Shown: positions 29,796 through 39,683 of the stretch, piece by piece
How positions within the stretch are numbered: position 1 is the first letter of the stretch
Layout: the number at the start of each line of letters is the position of its first letter
Assembly (NCBI GenBank): GCA_020720325.1
Contig: DYOW01000003.1
Span: forward strand, 3,522-57,463
Length of the DNA stretch: 53,942 bases
DNA from: Desulfobulbus propionicus
GTDB taxonomy: Bacteria > Desulfobacterota > Dissulfuribacteria > Dissulfuribacterales > DYOW01
Direction of reading: 5' to 3'
Notes under the pieces: model-generated
The model's database searches: none
What the model was told of the DNA's origin: nothing
What the model saw: the letters and a program-made list of their open reading frames with translations, nothing else
Program-made: the position numbers and the translations under genes

Positions 29796-31961
29796 TTATA
29801 CCAACCAAACCTTTTTTTCAAAGTCTTCGTCAGGCACAATAATGGAAATTGAGCCGGAACGCGGCAGTCTTTCCTTTACAATATCGTCCTGTAAAAACTC
29901 AAATATAAAATTAATTCTTGTGCCAACCCCTGCATCAAAAATACCAAACGGCAGGGCACACTCGATTATTTCCTGAATAGTAACCTTAATGCCTGATAAT
30001 TCAATATCTGTTTTATCACTACCTATAAAAAAAGAATATTCCCAGCAATTATTTTTTATATTTCTTGTAAAATATAATATAAAATCTCTTTCCTTACAGC
30101 TAAAAATCAACCGGAAAGATATATCAGAGGATAAATCAAAATCAAAGCCATCTTCTGCGCCGGCAATTCTGATAAAAAAATAATCAAGGTTAAAGCCATA
30201 CATAAACCCCTTGATAAATGAATCACCCGCATACATTGAACCACCCTTTTCATCTAAAAAAACAGAACCCGCCCCTGTCCATTCAAGATAATGGCTCTGA
30301 TAACCGTCAATAATGGGATGAATAAAAGCGGCAGGCTCATCTGAAACACTTATAGTTTTTATAGGTTTAATGGGCTGAGTAATTTCAAAAGGTATTGGAA
30401 GCCCGATTTTATCATAGACATTTTGGAGATGGCTTCGGAAAAGATAGTCAAATTCCATTGAAAAATCAGTATGGAATTGGTCTCCATACCACCAGAACCA
30501 ATCGCTGCCCTCGGCAATATACATTGATTCCATTGCCTTGGCAAGATTTTCAGCGGAAATATTTCCCTGTTTTATTACCTTATCAAGGGCATCCCTTGTT
30601 TTTTTCAACATATTCCATGCTTTGTTTTCTTCATTTCCGCCAATCCAGATACCGAAATCATTATTAATCCACGATGCGGGATGGAGTTTTTTTAGGCTTT
30701 TCTTTGGGGGATATTTATTAATATAATCGCTTACAGTGGTAAGCTTAAAATCTTTGTTTGATATTATTGCGTCATACATGCGTGTAAGAAAGGTTTCCCC
30801 ACCGTCATAAAAATATTCCCATGGATTTTCACCGTCAAGAATTATTGTAAGCAAAGGGGGTTGTTCAGTGAGACCAATGTGATTTTTTATTGCAAGCGCC
30901 CTTCCCATAAAATCTGACACAGCAGCAGTGGGATCATTATTTTTATACACAAAACCAATCCTGTCGGAAAGCTGATGGTGTCTGAAGACAAGATTAAAGG
31001 GTTTTTTAGAGAATTCCGTAAAATACGGTTGAAAAAGCGAATCTTTACTGGCGTTTTCAATAGATGAAAAGAGTATTGATTCATCAGTGGCAGCCCATAA
31101 AAAACCAGCCTCATTAAAAAGGTCTATTATTTCCTGCGAAACAGAACCTTCGGATGGCCATAGTCCCAGGGGTTTTTGACCAAAAATTTTATTGAAATAG
31201 TCAACTCCTTTTTTAAGCTGGGCGACAACATCTTCGGGATATGAAAATCTGTCCGGAATGCGGGTAAATTTATTTGACTTCTGGGCTATGTTTGTATCGT
31301 ACAAAAGAGGCATTATGGGATGATAAAAAGGGGTTGTGGATATTTCTATCTCTTTTTTCTCCCATTTTTTTTTATACTTTGGGATTAATCCCTTTAAAGT
31401 TTCCAGATGCAGGCTTAAAATAAAATCTCTTTCCTGTTCGTTAAAACCAGAGCCTTTCTTTATAAGTTCCTGGACATTTTTATCTTTTTTGGCTGCAAAA
31501 CCCAGCCATGTCATATTAAACCAGACCTGAAGGTCCATTATATCCTGATTTGAAAATTTTTTGGCTGCATCCACTAATTTTTGAGGGGCATTTTCTTTGC
31601 CTCTTAAAGACAACAACTTATTATATCGCGGATATTTTTCCACCATTGTGGGCAGGTGGCATGAAAAAAAATTTTTTATTATAAAAACCTTTTCTTCCTG
31701 ATCCAACAGGGAGGGAGATTTTCTGGTAAGGTCATAAAATTTATCTGTTTTGCCGTTTATGTATTGTTCAATTTGATAGAGAAGTGAAGGGACAAAATTA
31801 AAGGTTATATTTGCCTCAGGTTTATTTTTAACCACCTCAAGCATGTCGTTATATGCCTTAACCGCATGAAGTCTGACCCATGGCATGATAAATTTGTCAG
31901 CGCCTGGATCAATATAAAGTGGCTGATGCATGTGCCATATAAAGGCAATATTTAATTCCAT
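29796..31961 (-). CDS. Glycoside hydrolase family 57 alpha-glucan-active enzyme (long form with C-terminal extra domains)
   Basis: 721-aa ORF with N-terminal FIWHMHQPLY, a nucleophile region LWPSEGSVS and the ATDESIL region. Confidence 0.8.
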   Translation of the reverse strand: MELNIAFIWHMHQPLYIDPGADKFIMPWVRLHAVKAYNDMLEVVKNKPEANITFNFVPSLLYQIEQYINGKTDKFYDLTRKSPSLLDQEEKVFIIKNFFSCHLPTMVEKYPRYNKLLSLRGKENAPQKLVDAAKKFSNQDIMDLQVWFNMTWLGFAAKKDKNVQELIKKGSGFNEQERDFILSLHLETLKGLIPKYKKKWEKKEIEISTTPFYHPIMPLLYDTNIAQKSNKFTRIPDRFSYPEDVVAQLKKGVDYFNKIFGQKPLGLWPSEGSVSQEIIDLFNEAGFLWAATDESILFSSIENASKDSLFQPYFTEFSKKPFNLVFRHHQLSDRIGFVYKNNDPTAAVSDFMGRALAIKNHIGLTEQPPLLTIILDGENPWEYFYDGGETFLTRMYDAIISNKDFKLTTVSDYINKYPPKKSLKKLHPASWINNDFGIWIGGNEENKAWNMLKKTRDALDKVIKQGNISAENLAKAMESMYIAEGSDWFWWYGDQFHTDFSMEFDYLFRSHLQNVYDKIGLPIPFEITQPIKPIKTISVSDEPAAFIHPIIDGYQSHYLEWTGAGSVFLDEKGGSMYAGDSFIKGFMYGFNLDYFFIRIAGAEDGFDFDLSSDISFRLIFSCKERDFILYFTRNIKNNCWEYSFFIGSDKTDIELSGIKVTIQEIIECALPFGIFDAGVGTRINFIFEFLQDDIVKERLPRSGSISIIVPDEDFEKKVWLV

Positions 31962-31990
31962 AATTAATTATAATCTAAAAAAAATTATTT

Positions 31991-32362
31991 TCATTCCCCT
32001 CTGAGCCTTTCTTCTCTTTCTTCTCTTTCTTTGCATTTAATACAAAGAGAGGTTACAGGTCTTGCCTCAAGCCTTTTAAAAGAGATTTCTTCCGGACATT
32101 TATCACAAAGGCCATAAGTTCCGTCTTCTATTCTTTTTAAGGCTGACCTTACTTTTTTAATAAGTTTTCTCTCTCTGTCCCTGATTTTTAATTCAACTCC
32201 GATATCTGTTTCAAAACTTGCCCTGTCAGTGGGATCAGGTATATTTTCATCCTTTGATTCCATTTCTTCAAGGGTTTCTTCTGCTGTTGAAATGAGTTCA
32301 TTTTCCTGCTTTAACAATAATTCCTTTAAGTAAGCTACTTGTTCAGTTGTTAGATGTACCAA
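31991..32362 (-). CDS. dksA: DksA/TraR-family C4 zinc-finger protein
   Basis: 123-aa ORF with a coiled-coil N-terminus and CDKCPEEI...CIKC (CxxC-N17-CxxC). Confidence 0.8.
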   Translation of the reverse strand: MVHLTTEQVAYLKELLLKQENELISTAEETLEEMESKDENIPDPTDRASFETDIGVELKIRDRERKLIKKVRSALKRIEDGTYGLCDKCPEEISFKRLEARPVTSLCIKCKEREEREERLRGE

Positions 32363-32364
32363 TT

Positions 32365-32856
32365 TTAAGCCTCCGTTATATCATTAAAAGTCCAGACGCC
32401 GCTTTTGCCGCCTGTTTTTTTGAGAAGTCTTATTGAAGAAATTGTAATTCCCTTGTTGATTGCCTTACACATATCATAAAGAGCAAGAGCGGCAACCGAG
32501 ACAGAAGCAAGGGCTTCCATTTCCACTCCGGTAACGCCAAAACATTTTACATTTGAAATAATTTCTATAGTATTCCGGTCATTATCCGGTAAAAATTCTA
32601 TTTCCACTGACGAAACAGGTATGCTGTGACATAAAGGTATGAGCATATCAACCTTTTTTGCTGCCATTATACCTGCAATTCTTGCCACTGCAAATGCATC
32701 ACCTTTTGGGATATCTCCGGCAATCAATCTTGAAAAGGTATTGACATCAAGATTTATGGTTGCAGATGCCTTTGCCTCTCTGACAGTTGGTTCTTTTAAA
32801 GACACATCAACCATTATTGCATTACCCTTATCATCAAGATGAGAAAATCCGTTCAT
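32365..32856 (-). CDS. moaC: Cyclic pyranopterin monophosphate synthase accessory protein MoaC
   Basis: 163-aa ORF. Motifs: MVDVSLKEPTVREA, GDAFAVARIAGIMAAKK, LIPLCH, TGVEMEAL. Confidence 0.9.
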   Translation of the reverse strand: MNGFSHLDDKGNAIMVDVSLKEPTVREAKASATINLDVNTFSRLIAGDIPKGDAFAVARIAGIMAAKKVDMLIPLCHSIPVSSVEIEFLPDNDRNTIEIISNVKCFGVTGVEMEALASVSVAALALYDMCKAINKGITISSIRLLKKTGGKSGVWTFNDITEA

Positions 32857-33989
32857 TAGTGAGATGCGCCATCCTTTCTTTTGCCGCTTCCTTCAAAATG
32901 GCTGAAAATTTTTTTAAAAAAACCTGCGTTCTTTTCTTTTTCAATCTCAGCAAATTCTTCAAGCAGTTCTTTCTGACGCTGATTTATTTCTTTGGGTAAA
33001 ACTATAATTATTTTTATTATCTGGTCCCCATTTCCAAATCCTCTCAAATCAGGGGCGCCAAGTCCTTTAAGCCTGAATTCTTCGCCAGGCTGAGCTCCTG
33101 GATGAATCTCAATATTTTTATTTCCGTCAACAGTTAAAACCTCTATTGTATCACCAAGAATTGCCTGAGTAAAAGTTATGGAAACCTCGCAATACACATC
33201 ATTTCCCTGTCTCTGAAAAAATTCATGGGACTGCACAAATATAAAAAGATAAAGATCCCCGCTTGGTCCGCCGAGTTTTCCTGCCTCACCTTCTCCCCTT
33301 ATCCTTACCCTTGATCCGTTATCAACCCCTGCGGGAATTCTGACCTTTAATTTATGACGTTGTTTTATCTTTCCTTCGCCACGGCATTTCTCACACGGAT
33401 TAGAGATTATTACTCCCGCGCCTTTACAGGCATGACAAGTTGTTGAGATTGTAAAAAATCCCTGAGATCTAATAACTTCGCCCCTTCCGTTACAAACACC
33501 ACAAACATTTCTCTTGCTTTCAGAGCCCTCTCCTGTACCGTTACATAGATCACAGCTTTCCATGCGGCCGTACTCTATTTCTTTTTCACATCCCTTTACA
33601 GCATCAATAAAAGAAATAGAAATATCATATCTTAAATCAGCGCCTGGCTCAGGAACCGGGCCCCTCTGACGCCTGGAAGTCTGGGAAAAGCCAAAAAACT
33701 CTTCAAAAATATCATGAAAAGCGCCAAAAATATCTTCTGAACGATTAAATCCCCTGCCTGCGCCGCCAAGCCCCTCTTTTCCATATGAATCATATATCTT
33801 TCTCTTATCAGGATTACTTAAAACCTCATATGCCTCGGCAGCTTCCTTGAATTTTTCTTCAGCCTCCTTATCACCCTGATTTCTGTCAGGATGATATTTA
33901 AGGGCAAGCTTTCTGTATGCCTTTTTCAGCTCATCGGAATCGGCATTTTTTGAAACACCAAGAATCTCATAATAATCCCTGTCGCTCAT
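32856..33989 (-). CDS. dnaJ: Molecular chaperone DnaJ
   Basis: 377-aa ORF with a J-domain (DYYEILGV ... YHPDRN), a G/F region and four CxxCxGxG zinc-finger repeats. Confidence 0.95.
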   Translation of the reverse strand: MSDRDYYEILGVSKNADSDELKKAYRKLALKYHPDRNQGDKEAEEKFKEAAEAYEVLSNPDKRKIYDSYGKEGLGGAGRGFNRSEDIFGAFHDIFEEFFGFSQTSRRQRGPVPEPGADLRYDISISFIDAVKGCEKEIEYGRMESCDLCNGTGEGSESKRNVCGVCNGRGEVIRSQGFFTISTTCHACKGAGVIISNPCEKCRGEGKIKQRHKLKVRIPAGVDNGSRVRIRGEGEAGKLGGPSGDLYLFIFVQSHEFFQRQGNDVYCEVSITFTQAILGDTIEVLTVDGNKNIEIHPGAQPGEEFRLKGLGAPDLRGFGNGDQIIKIIIVLPKEINQRQKELLEEFAEIEKEKNAGFFKKIFSHFEGSGKRKDGASH

Positions 33990-33991
33990 AA

Positions 33992-34240
33992 TTAGAGTTC
34001 ACCTTTTTCCATCTGATAAGATTTTTTCTCTTCATAGTCTTTTTCAAGTTCTTTAATGTTTTCGTATGTCACTTTCTTTGCTGCAATCTCTCTTAATGCA
34101 GTGACAATTTCTTTATTTTTACAAAGAACAAGGGGTGGCACATTTTTTCTAAGCTGTTTAACCCTCTCAATGGTGAGATAAACAAGCTCAAACCTGTTAG
34201 CCACATTTTCCAGACAATCTTCAACGGTAATTCTTGCCAA
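33992..34240 (-). CDS. rpoZ: DNA-directed RNA polymerase subunit omega
   Basis: 82-aa [33 protein letters not shown] is the classic RpoZ N-terminus. Confidence 0.85.
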   Translation of the reverse strand: MARITVEDCLENVANRFELVYLTIERVKQLRKNVPPLVLCKNKEIVTALREIAAKKVTYENIKELEKDYEEKKSYQMEKGEL

Positions 34241-34384
34241 ATTTTCCTCCGTATAATTTATATTGTAATTTTATATTAAAGCGCAGATTAAATTTAATTT
34301 AAAAAAAATTAAATATTTAATAATAACTGATTTTTTTTAAAAGACAAGACCTAATGTCTGTAATTATCTGGCTAAAAAAATTTT

Positions 34385-34915
34385 CTATTTAAACCAGATT
34401 TTACTAAAATCAAGGTCTAATCTGCATTTTATATCAAAAGAAAACACATCATCCCTGAAATCACCCTGTTTTATATATTTATCCTCTTTCAACTTATATA
34501 TCTTTGCCTTTTTAAGAAAAGGATAGCATAATACATAATATTTAGCGCCTTCCCTGCAATAAAGGTCAAATTTATATACTTCATCAGTCCGGGAATTTTT
34601 TTCCGAAACTATCTCAAAAATTATTTCAGGAGCATTGGTTATCTTATCCTGCAATTCATCACATACAACAATTACATCTGGTCTTACAAGAGTGTCATTA
34701 CTTATGAACCAGTCAACTTCGAACAGCACATAACAGGATTCTTCACAGGCATCAAGTTGTTCATCCAACAAACGAAATATTTTTCCGCTTATATATTGAT
34801 GCACAGGATGAGGTGAAGGAGACATGGCCACAGCGTGACCATCTATCAGCTCCCAGTCACCCTTCCATTGCTGCAAGTCTTCCAGTGTGTAATAGATATT
34901 TAAGGCTGTATTCAT
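34385..34915 (-). CDS. Uma2-family (DUF820, PD-(D/E)xK-like) putative endonuclease, copy 1
   Basis: 176-aa ORF. Motifs: WELIDG..AMSPSP..HQ; PDVIVVC; EIIFEIVSEKN. It aligns over its full length with the ORF at 38471-39013. Confidence 0.75.
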   Translation of the reverse strand: MNTALNIYYTLEDLQQWKGDWELIDGHAVAMSPSPHPVHQYISGKIFRLLDEQLDACEESCYVLFEVDWFISNDTLVRPDVIVVCDELQDKITNAPEIIFEIVSEKNSRTDEVYKFDLYCREGAKYYVLCYPFLKKAKIYKLKEDKYIKQGDFRDDVFSFDIKCRLDLDFSKIWFK

Positions 34916-35052
34916 AATCTGATTATCTCCATCATAATATATAACAATAATTATAACATATTATTTTTACTTTTTAAATTAATTTAAGCGCTTAATTTTT
35001 TTAGCAATTTAATATTTTTATTGCCTGATTTAATTTTAAAAGTTATTATAAA

Positions 35053-35163
35053 GTAGCTCTAAAAATATGTATTTTGAGATTGCTTCGCTACCTTTCGCAA
35101 TGACGGACATTGTCATTGCGAGGAACAAAGTGACAAAGCAATCTAATTTTTAGAGGTTGCCTA
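35053..35163. repeat. MITE/REP-like palindromic element, copy A
   Basis: Sequence GTAGCTCTAAAAATATGTATTTTGAGATTGCTTCGCT...CGCAATGAC-GGACATT-GTCATTGCGAGGAAC...AGCAATCTAATTTTTAGAGGTTGCCT. It has an internal long inverted repeat and inverted termini CTCTAAAAAT/ATTTTTAGAG. It is near-identical to copy C. Confidence 0.85.
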
Positions 35164-35229
35164 TAATTATAAGTAAAAAAATAATAACTTTCTGCAAAAA
35201 AACATCATTTAAATAAAAAGGAAAAAAAT

Positions 35230-36672
35230 ATGGAATATACGACTTTCACAAAGGAAGATGTTGAAAAACTTGAAAAAACTCTGAAAAGAGATAAAAAAAA
35301 TGTTTGGTCCCAGGTGGATGACAAGATAAAAAAATCCATTTTCGAATACTCTGAAAGATACAAAGATTTTTTATCAATTGCAAAAACCGAAAGAGAGGCT
35401 GTATCAATTATCAGAGATATTGCGATAAAAAATAATTTTTCACCCATTGATGATGCAAAAAAATCACAAAAAAAGCTTTTCTGGTCATTTAAGGATAAAA
35501 CAGCGGCGCTTATAAATCTTGGCAAAAAACCCCTCTCAGATGGTTTCAGGCTTGTGGCATCCCATATTGACGCGCCACGCATTGATCTTAAACAAAACCC
35601 TCTTTATGAAGAGCTTGATATGGCATATCTTAAAACCCACTATTACGGTGGCATAAAAAAATATCACTGGCTGTCCCGCCCCCTCGCAATTCATGGACCT
35701 GTGTTAAAAAATGACGGCTCCACCGTAAATATTATTATTGGCGAAGATGAAAACGACCCGGTCTTTACCATTAATGATCTTCTGCCACATCTTGCCGGCA
35801 AAGTGCAGGGAGATAAAAAACTACCCGATGCATTCCCTGCGGAAAAATTAAATATACTTATTGGCGGCATCCCATTAATTTCAGATGACTCAGGCAAAAA
35901 CGGCATAAAAGAAGCGGTAAAATTAAATATACTTAAATTATTAAATGATAAATACGGCATTATTGAAGAAGACCTTGTTTCAGCAGAGCTTGAGGTTATT
36001 CCTGCAGGAAAGGCAAGGGATGTGGGATTTGACCGGGCATTTGTTGGTGGATATGCCCATGATGACAGAAGCTGCGCCTTTGCATCCTTAAAGGCAATTC
36101 TTGATGCGCAAAATCCAGAAATCCCATGCATCGCTGTGTTTTTTGACAAGGAAGAAATAGGAAGTGACGGAAATACCGGCGCAAATTCAAAAATACTTGA
36201 AATTTTGCTTTATGACCTCTTAAACCATGCAAAGGAAAGAATAAATCCCGAAACACTCACCAGGATTTTTAGTCTGTCAAAGGCAATATCCGCAGATGTC
36301 ACAGCAGGCATTGACCCCGATTATCAGGAAGTTCATGAAAAAAGAAACGACGCCCTTATTGGATACGGAATATGCCTTACAAAATATACAGGTTCAAGGG
36401 GCAAGTATTCAGCAAGCGACGCTCATGCCGAATATATGAACTGGATAAGGAGGATTTGGAACAATAATAACGTAATCTGGCAGGCAGGAGAGCTTGGAAA
36501 GGTTGACGAAGGCGGCGGGGGAACTGTGGCAAAGTATCTTGCATATCATGGAATGGATATTGTTGATGCGGGAACGCCATTGCTTGCAATGCACTCTCCC
36601 TTTGAAATTGCCCATAAATCAGACCTTTTTATGACATATCTTGCCTATAATGCATTTTTTAAGGAAGCATAG
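35230..36672 (+). CDS. M18-family aminopeptidase
   Basis: 480-aa ORF. Motifs: SHIDAPRIDLK, GGYAHDDRSCAF, FDKEEIGSDGNTGA, MHSPFEIAHKSD. Confidence 0.85.
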   Translation: MEYTTFTKEDVEKLEKTLKRDKKNVWSQVDDKIKKSIFEYSERYKDFLSIAKTEREAVSIIRDIAIKNNFSPIDDAKKSQKKLFWSFKDKTAALINLGKKPLSDGFRLVASHIDAPRIDLKQNPLYEELDMAYLKTHYYGGIKKYHWLSRPLAIHGPVLKNDGSTVNIIIGEDENDPVFTINDLLPHLAGKVQGDKKLPDAFPAEKLNILIGGIPLISDDSGKNGIKEAVKLNILKLLNDKYGIIEEDLVSAELEVIPAGKARDVGFDRAFVGGYAHDDRSCAFASLKAILDAQNPEIPCIAVFFDKEEIGSDGNTGANSKILEILLYDLLNHAKERINPETLTRIFSLSKAISADVTAGIDPDYQEVHEKRNDALIGYGICLTKYTGSRGKYSASDAHAEYMNWIRRIWNNNNVIWQAGELGKVDEGGGGTVAKYLAYHGMDIVDAGTPLLAMHSPFEIAHKSDLFMTYLAYNAFFKEA

Positions 36673-36680
36673 GAAAAATT

Positions 36681-37631
36681 ATGAAGATAGTATTACCATC
36701 TTATAGAATATTCGATGCATATACCAATGACAAAATACTTTTACAGATAGAAAGATGCGGAAGACTTTGCTATAAAAGTGAAGACAAGATAACAGAAGGC
36801 TCTGCTGAAGGATTTACAAAACGCATCATTCAAAGCGGTCATGAATCCGTCCTTGAAATGGGAAATATAACCTTAAAAATAAGCGCTGATTCCGAGGTTA
36901 CCTTAATTAAATTCCTTGAGACAGTTCCGAGATTTTTTCAGGTATCCAAAACAGATAAAGGCTCTTTAATTGTGACAGGAAGTCCAAGAAGTTACAGGGA
37001 CCTTGCCCGTTCACACCCCACTCTTAAGCTTACAAAGGCGCTAATGCTCTATCTTACGCCAAATTATCCAGTTCTTTTTGAAGACCTCCAGCCAAAGCAC
37101 GGATGGTCTTCTCAAGATGGTCTTAATATAAAAGAAATGACAAATAATGAAATTGACAAGCTTCCCGTTGACCTTTTTATAAAACATAAGTCATTGCTTG
37201 TGCAATTTATAACCAACCGCGCGGTGACACACGAGCTTGTAAGACACAGACCCGCTTCATACCTTCAGGAATCCCAGAGATATTGCAGGTACAATCAGGA
37301 TAAATTCGGCGGGGAGATAAATTTTATTAAGCCTCTGTTTTATGAGGAAGGATCCAATGAGTTTGATATATGGAAGATCGCAATGGAGACAGCGGAAAAA
37401 CATTATATGGAACTCTTAAAAACATCAACGCCACAGGCTGCAAGAACCGTTCTTCCCAATTCATGTAAAACCGAGATAATGGTAAATGCCTACATTGAAG
37501 AATGGCTTCATATATTAAAACTCAGGACATCAAAGGCGGCGGATCCTTCCATAAGGGAAATAATGCTGATGCTGCTTGATGAACTTAACCGGAGATACCC
37601 TGATATCTTCGGGATTTTAAAGACAGAATAA
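36681..37631 (+). CDS. thyX: FAD-dependent thymidylate synthase ThyX
   Basis: 316-aa ORF with the ThyX signature THELVRHRPASYLQESQRY (RHRxxSxxxxSxR). Confidence 0.85.
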   Translation: MKIVLPSYRIFDAYTNDKILLQIERCGRLCYKSEDKITEGSAEGFTKRIIQSGHESVLEMGNITLKISADSEVTLIKFLETVPRFFQVSKTDKGSLIVTGSPRSYRDLARSHPTLKLTKALMLYLTPNYPVLFEDLQPKHGWSSQDGLNIKEMTNNEIDKLPVDLFIKHKSLLVQFITNRAVTHELVRHRPASYLQESQRYCRYNQDKFGGEINFIKPLFYEEGSNEFDIWKIAMETAEKHYMELLKTSTPQAARTVLPNSCKTEIMVNAYIEEWLHILKLRTSKAADPSIREIMLMLLDELNRRYPDIFGILKTE

Positions 37632-37762
37632 TGAGCAAAATTAAAGTCATTATTATTTTATCCGAAGAATTAAAAATATCAGGGTAGAAAAAAATATTGA
37701 ATTTAAAAATTTTAATATTATTGTATATACTATTTACTAATCGGAGGAACAATAAAAAAACT

Positions 37763-38368
37763 ATGAAAAATCTATTTCTTAAAAATTACGACAACAAAGG
37801 TTTCACCCTTGTTGAAATGGCAATTGTTCTTGTAATTATTGGTCTTATTCTTGGCATGGTCTTTAAAGGAAAAGAGCTTATTGATGGCGCAAAGGTTAAA
37901 AATCTCGCAGCGCAGTATAATAAGATACTTGCCGCGACAAACACCTTTTATGAAAGATATGGTTTTTATCCCGGTGATGGCTGTCCTTCTGCAACTCCGG
38001 CAACAGTTGCCACATGTAATGGAACCAAAAACGGTTTGCTTACAACTGCTAACGAACAGGGAGCTTTCTGGTACTTAATGATAGATGTTACTGGCATTAT
38101 GCCAGCAGCTGACAGAAAAAGTGTTTTTGGTCAGGATTGGGATGTCTGGTATGGGGCAATAGGAGGTCTTACAGCAAACTGGCTTGATTTGCCGGGAGGG
38201 GCTCAGGCAGATCCAAGATTATCTTGTGCTTTGGACAGGCTCATCGATGATGCTGCTTCTGCAACAGGTTTTATAAGAACCAACGGGACTGCGCCTACCT
38301 GGACAAACACAACAGATTGCTGGACACTATCCGGCCAGGTTAATATCGTAATCAAGATACTTCCTTAA
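37763..38368 (+). CDS. Prepilin-type N-terminal cleavage/methylation-domain protein (type IV pilin / pseudopilin-like), orphan
   Basis: I chose the ATG at 37763, which has GGAGG 15 nt upstream. The tracked TTG at 37697 adds an implausible leader. It has the class-III signal KGFTLVEMAIVLVIIGLILG, and the C-terminal part has several Cys. Confidence 0.75.
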   Translation: MKNLFLKNYDNKGFTLVEMAIVLVIIGLILGMVFKGKELIDGAKVKNLAAQYNKILAATNTFYERYGFYPGDGCPSATPATVATCNGTKNGLLTTANEQGAFWYLMIDVTGIMPAADRKSVFGQDWDVWYGAIGGLTANWLDLPGGAQADPRLSCALDRLIDDAASATGFIRTNGTAPTWTNTTDCWTLSGQVNIVIKILP

Positions 38369-38402
38369 ATTAATCGTTTAATATAATAAAAAAAACAAAT
38401 AA

Positions 38403-38439
38403 AGGCAGGTTGGTTAAAAAAACTTACCTGCTTTTTTTA
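38403..38439 (+). terminator. Rho-independent terminator candidate after the pilin-like gene
   Basis: Stem GGCAGGT (38404-38410) pairs with ACCTGC(T) (38426-38432) across a ~15-nt loop, followed by a T7 run. Confidence 0.55.
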
Positions 38440-38470
38440 TAAACCCAAAATATAAGACTGGTTTCTTACT

Positions 38471-39013
38471 ATGCAGGCAAATGATTTAAGATATCAGGAA
38501 AAATATACTTTCAGGGACTATGAAAAATGGGATGGAGACTGGGAACTCATTTATGGGAATGCCTTTGCCATGTCTCCTTCGCCGGTTTTTGAACATCAAT
38601 ATGTGTCTGGCGAGATTTTTAGACAACTTCATGAACAACTTGAAGCTTGCCCCAAATGTCAGGTTATTTATGAAATGGACTGGAATATAAGCGATGAAAC
38701 AGTGGTCGGACCTGATATTATGGTTGTATGCGGACACATTGGAGAAAGAGTGGTCAAGGCGCCGGTCATTATCTTTGAGGTAACCTCAAGACAGAATGCC
38801 AAAAGGGATGAGATACTTAAATTTGAATTATACCGCATTGAAGGTGTGGAGTTTTATGGCATTGTCTATCCTCAATTTAATAAGGTAAAACTCTATAAAC
38901 TTTTAGATGATAAATACAAAAAAATCAATGACTTTACCAACGAAATATTTGCTTTAGATATTAAAGATTGTAAAATTAAGATAGATTTCAGTAAAATATG
39001 GCTGAAAAAATAA
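38471..39013 (+). CDS. Uma2-family (DUF820) putative endonuclease, copy 2
   Basis: 180-aa ORF. Motifs: WELIYG..AMSPSP..HQ; PDIMVVC; VIIFEVTSRQN; the shared C-terminal DFSKIW. It is a paralog of 34385-34915. Confidence 0.75.
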   Translation: MQANDLRYQEKYTFRDYEKWDGDWELIYGNAFAMSPSPVFEHQYVSGEIFRQLHEQLEACPKCQVIYEMDWNISDETVVGPDIMVVCGHIGERVVKAPVIIFEVTSRQNAKRDEILKFELYRIEGVEFYGIVYPQFNKVKLYKLLDDKYKKINDFTNEIFALDIKDCKIKIDFSKIWLKK

Positions 39014-39037
39014 AATAAACCAGTTCATATACACTAT

Positions 39038-39155
39038 GCTCTCTCTAAAAGATATGTATTTTGAGATTGCTTTGCTATGGCTTGAAATGACAAGGCTCGA
39101 CATTGTAACTATTAATGATTGGTGTTTAGTGTATCAATTTAATTTTTAGAGGATG
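39038..39155. repeat. MITE/REP-like element, degenerate copy B
   Basis: The left half (CTCTAAAAGATATGTATTTTGAGATTGCTTTGCTAT) and the right terminus (CAATTTAATTTTTAGAGG) match copies A and C. The centre has diverged and lost the palindrome. Confidence 0.6.
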
Positions 39156-39181
39156 ATTATAGAAGAAAGGAGGTTTTCAAG

Positions 39182-39400
39182 ATGCCCGGTCAACAAATCA
39201 CGATATTTCAAAAAGCTTTAGATATTGTTGAATCGTTACCTGAATATCAACAGGAAGACCTTATTAATATCATTCGGCATAGGCTACTGGACCAGAGAAA
39301 GGAATTACTTGTAAGGAATATCAGAGAAGCAAGAGAGGAATATGCCAGAGGAGAAGTAAAAAGAGGCAATGTAGATGACCTAATGAAGGAAATTGAATGA
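39182..39400 (+). CDS. Putative type II antitoxin (partner of RelE/YafQ-like toxin)
   Basis: 72-aa ORF with AAAGGAGG 8 nt upstream. It is small and acidic and overlaps the toxin gene by 4 nt (ATGA). The family is not recognised. Confidence 0.6.
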   Translation: MPGQQITIFQKALDIVESLPEYQQEDLINIIRHRLLDQRKELLVRNIREAREEYARGEVKRGNVDDLMKEIE

Positions 39401-39681
39401 CAACTCTCATTTGGGGCAAAACTTTTATAAAAGCCTTCAAACGAACTATCAAGAAACATCCAACCCTAAAGCATGATATTGAAGAAACTTTAAGATTTTT
39501 AACTAATAATCCTTTTGCTCCACAATTGGAGACCCATAAACTCAAAGGTAAACTATTGGGTTCATGGGCATGTAGCGTTGGATACGACCTGCGAATAGTA
39601 TTCGACTTTGTAAAGAGTGAAGACCAAAAGGAAGACAATATCCTTTTGCTTGAGATTGGAACACACGATGAAGTATATTAA
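39397..39681 (+). CDS. Type II toxin, RelE/StbE/YafQ-family mRNA interferase
   Basis: 94-aa ORF. Motifs: FKRTIKKHPTL...; HKLKGKLLGSWACSVGYDLRIVF; LLLEIGTHDEVY, a typical YafQ/RelE layout. Confidence 0.75.
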   Translation: MTTLIWGKTFIKAFKRTIKKHPTLKHDIEETLRFLTNNPFAPQLETHKLKGKLLGSWACSVGYDLRIVFDFVKSEDQKEDNILLLEIGTHDEVY

Positions 39682-39683
39682 GG

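Noticed and set aside
35205-35582. 125-aa minus-strand ORF overlapping the start of the M18 aminopeptidase gene.
   Set aside because: It is antisense to a strongly supported CDS, the composition is Phe/Ser/Leu-rich as is typical of antisense AT-rich frames, and no family resemblance is visible.
37697-37762. Tracked TTG start adding 22 residues (MNLKILILLYILFTNRRNNKKT) to the pilin-like protein. Similarly, the 14288 start for tolR.
   Set aside because: Prepilin leaders are short, and the ATG at 37763 has a GGAGG upstream. For tolR, the 14288 start overlaps tolQ by 53 nt, while 14345 has a GAGGAA SD and follows the tolQ stop.
39247-39638. Minus-strand ORFs (70 and 105 aa) antisense to the antitoxin/toxin pair.
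   Set aside because: The plus-strand pair has a strong SD, the ATGA overlap typical of TA operons and RelE/YafQ motifs. The antisense frames have none of these.
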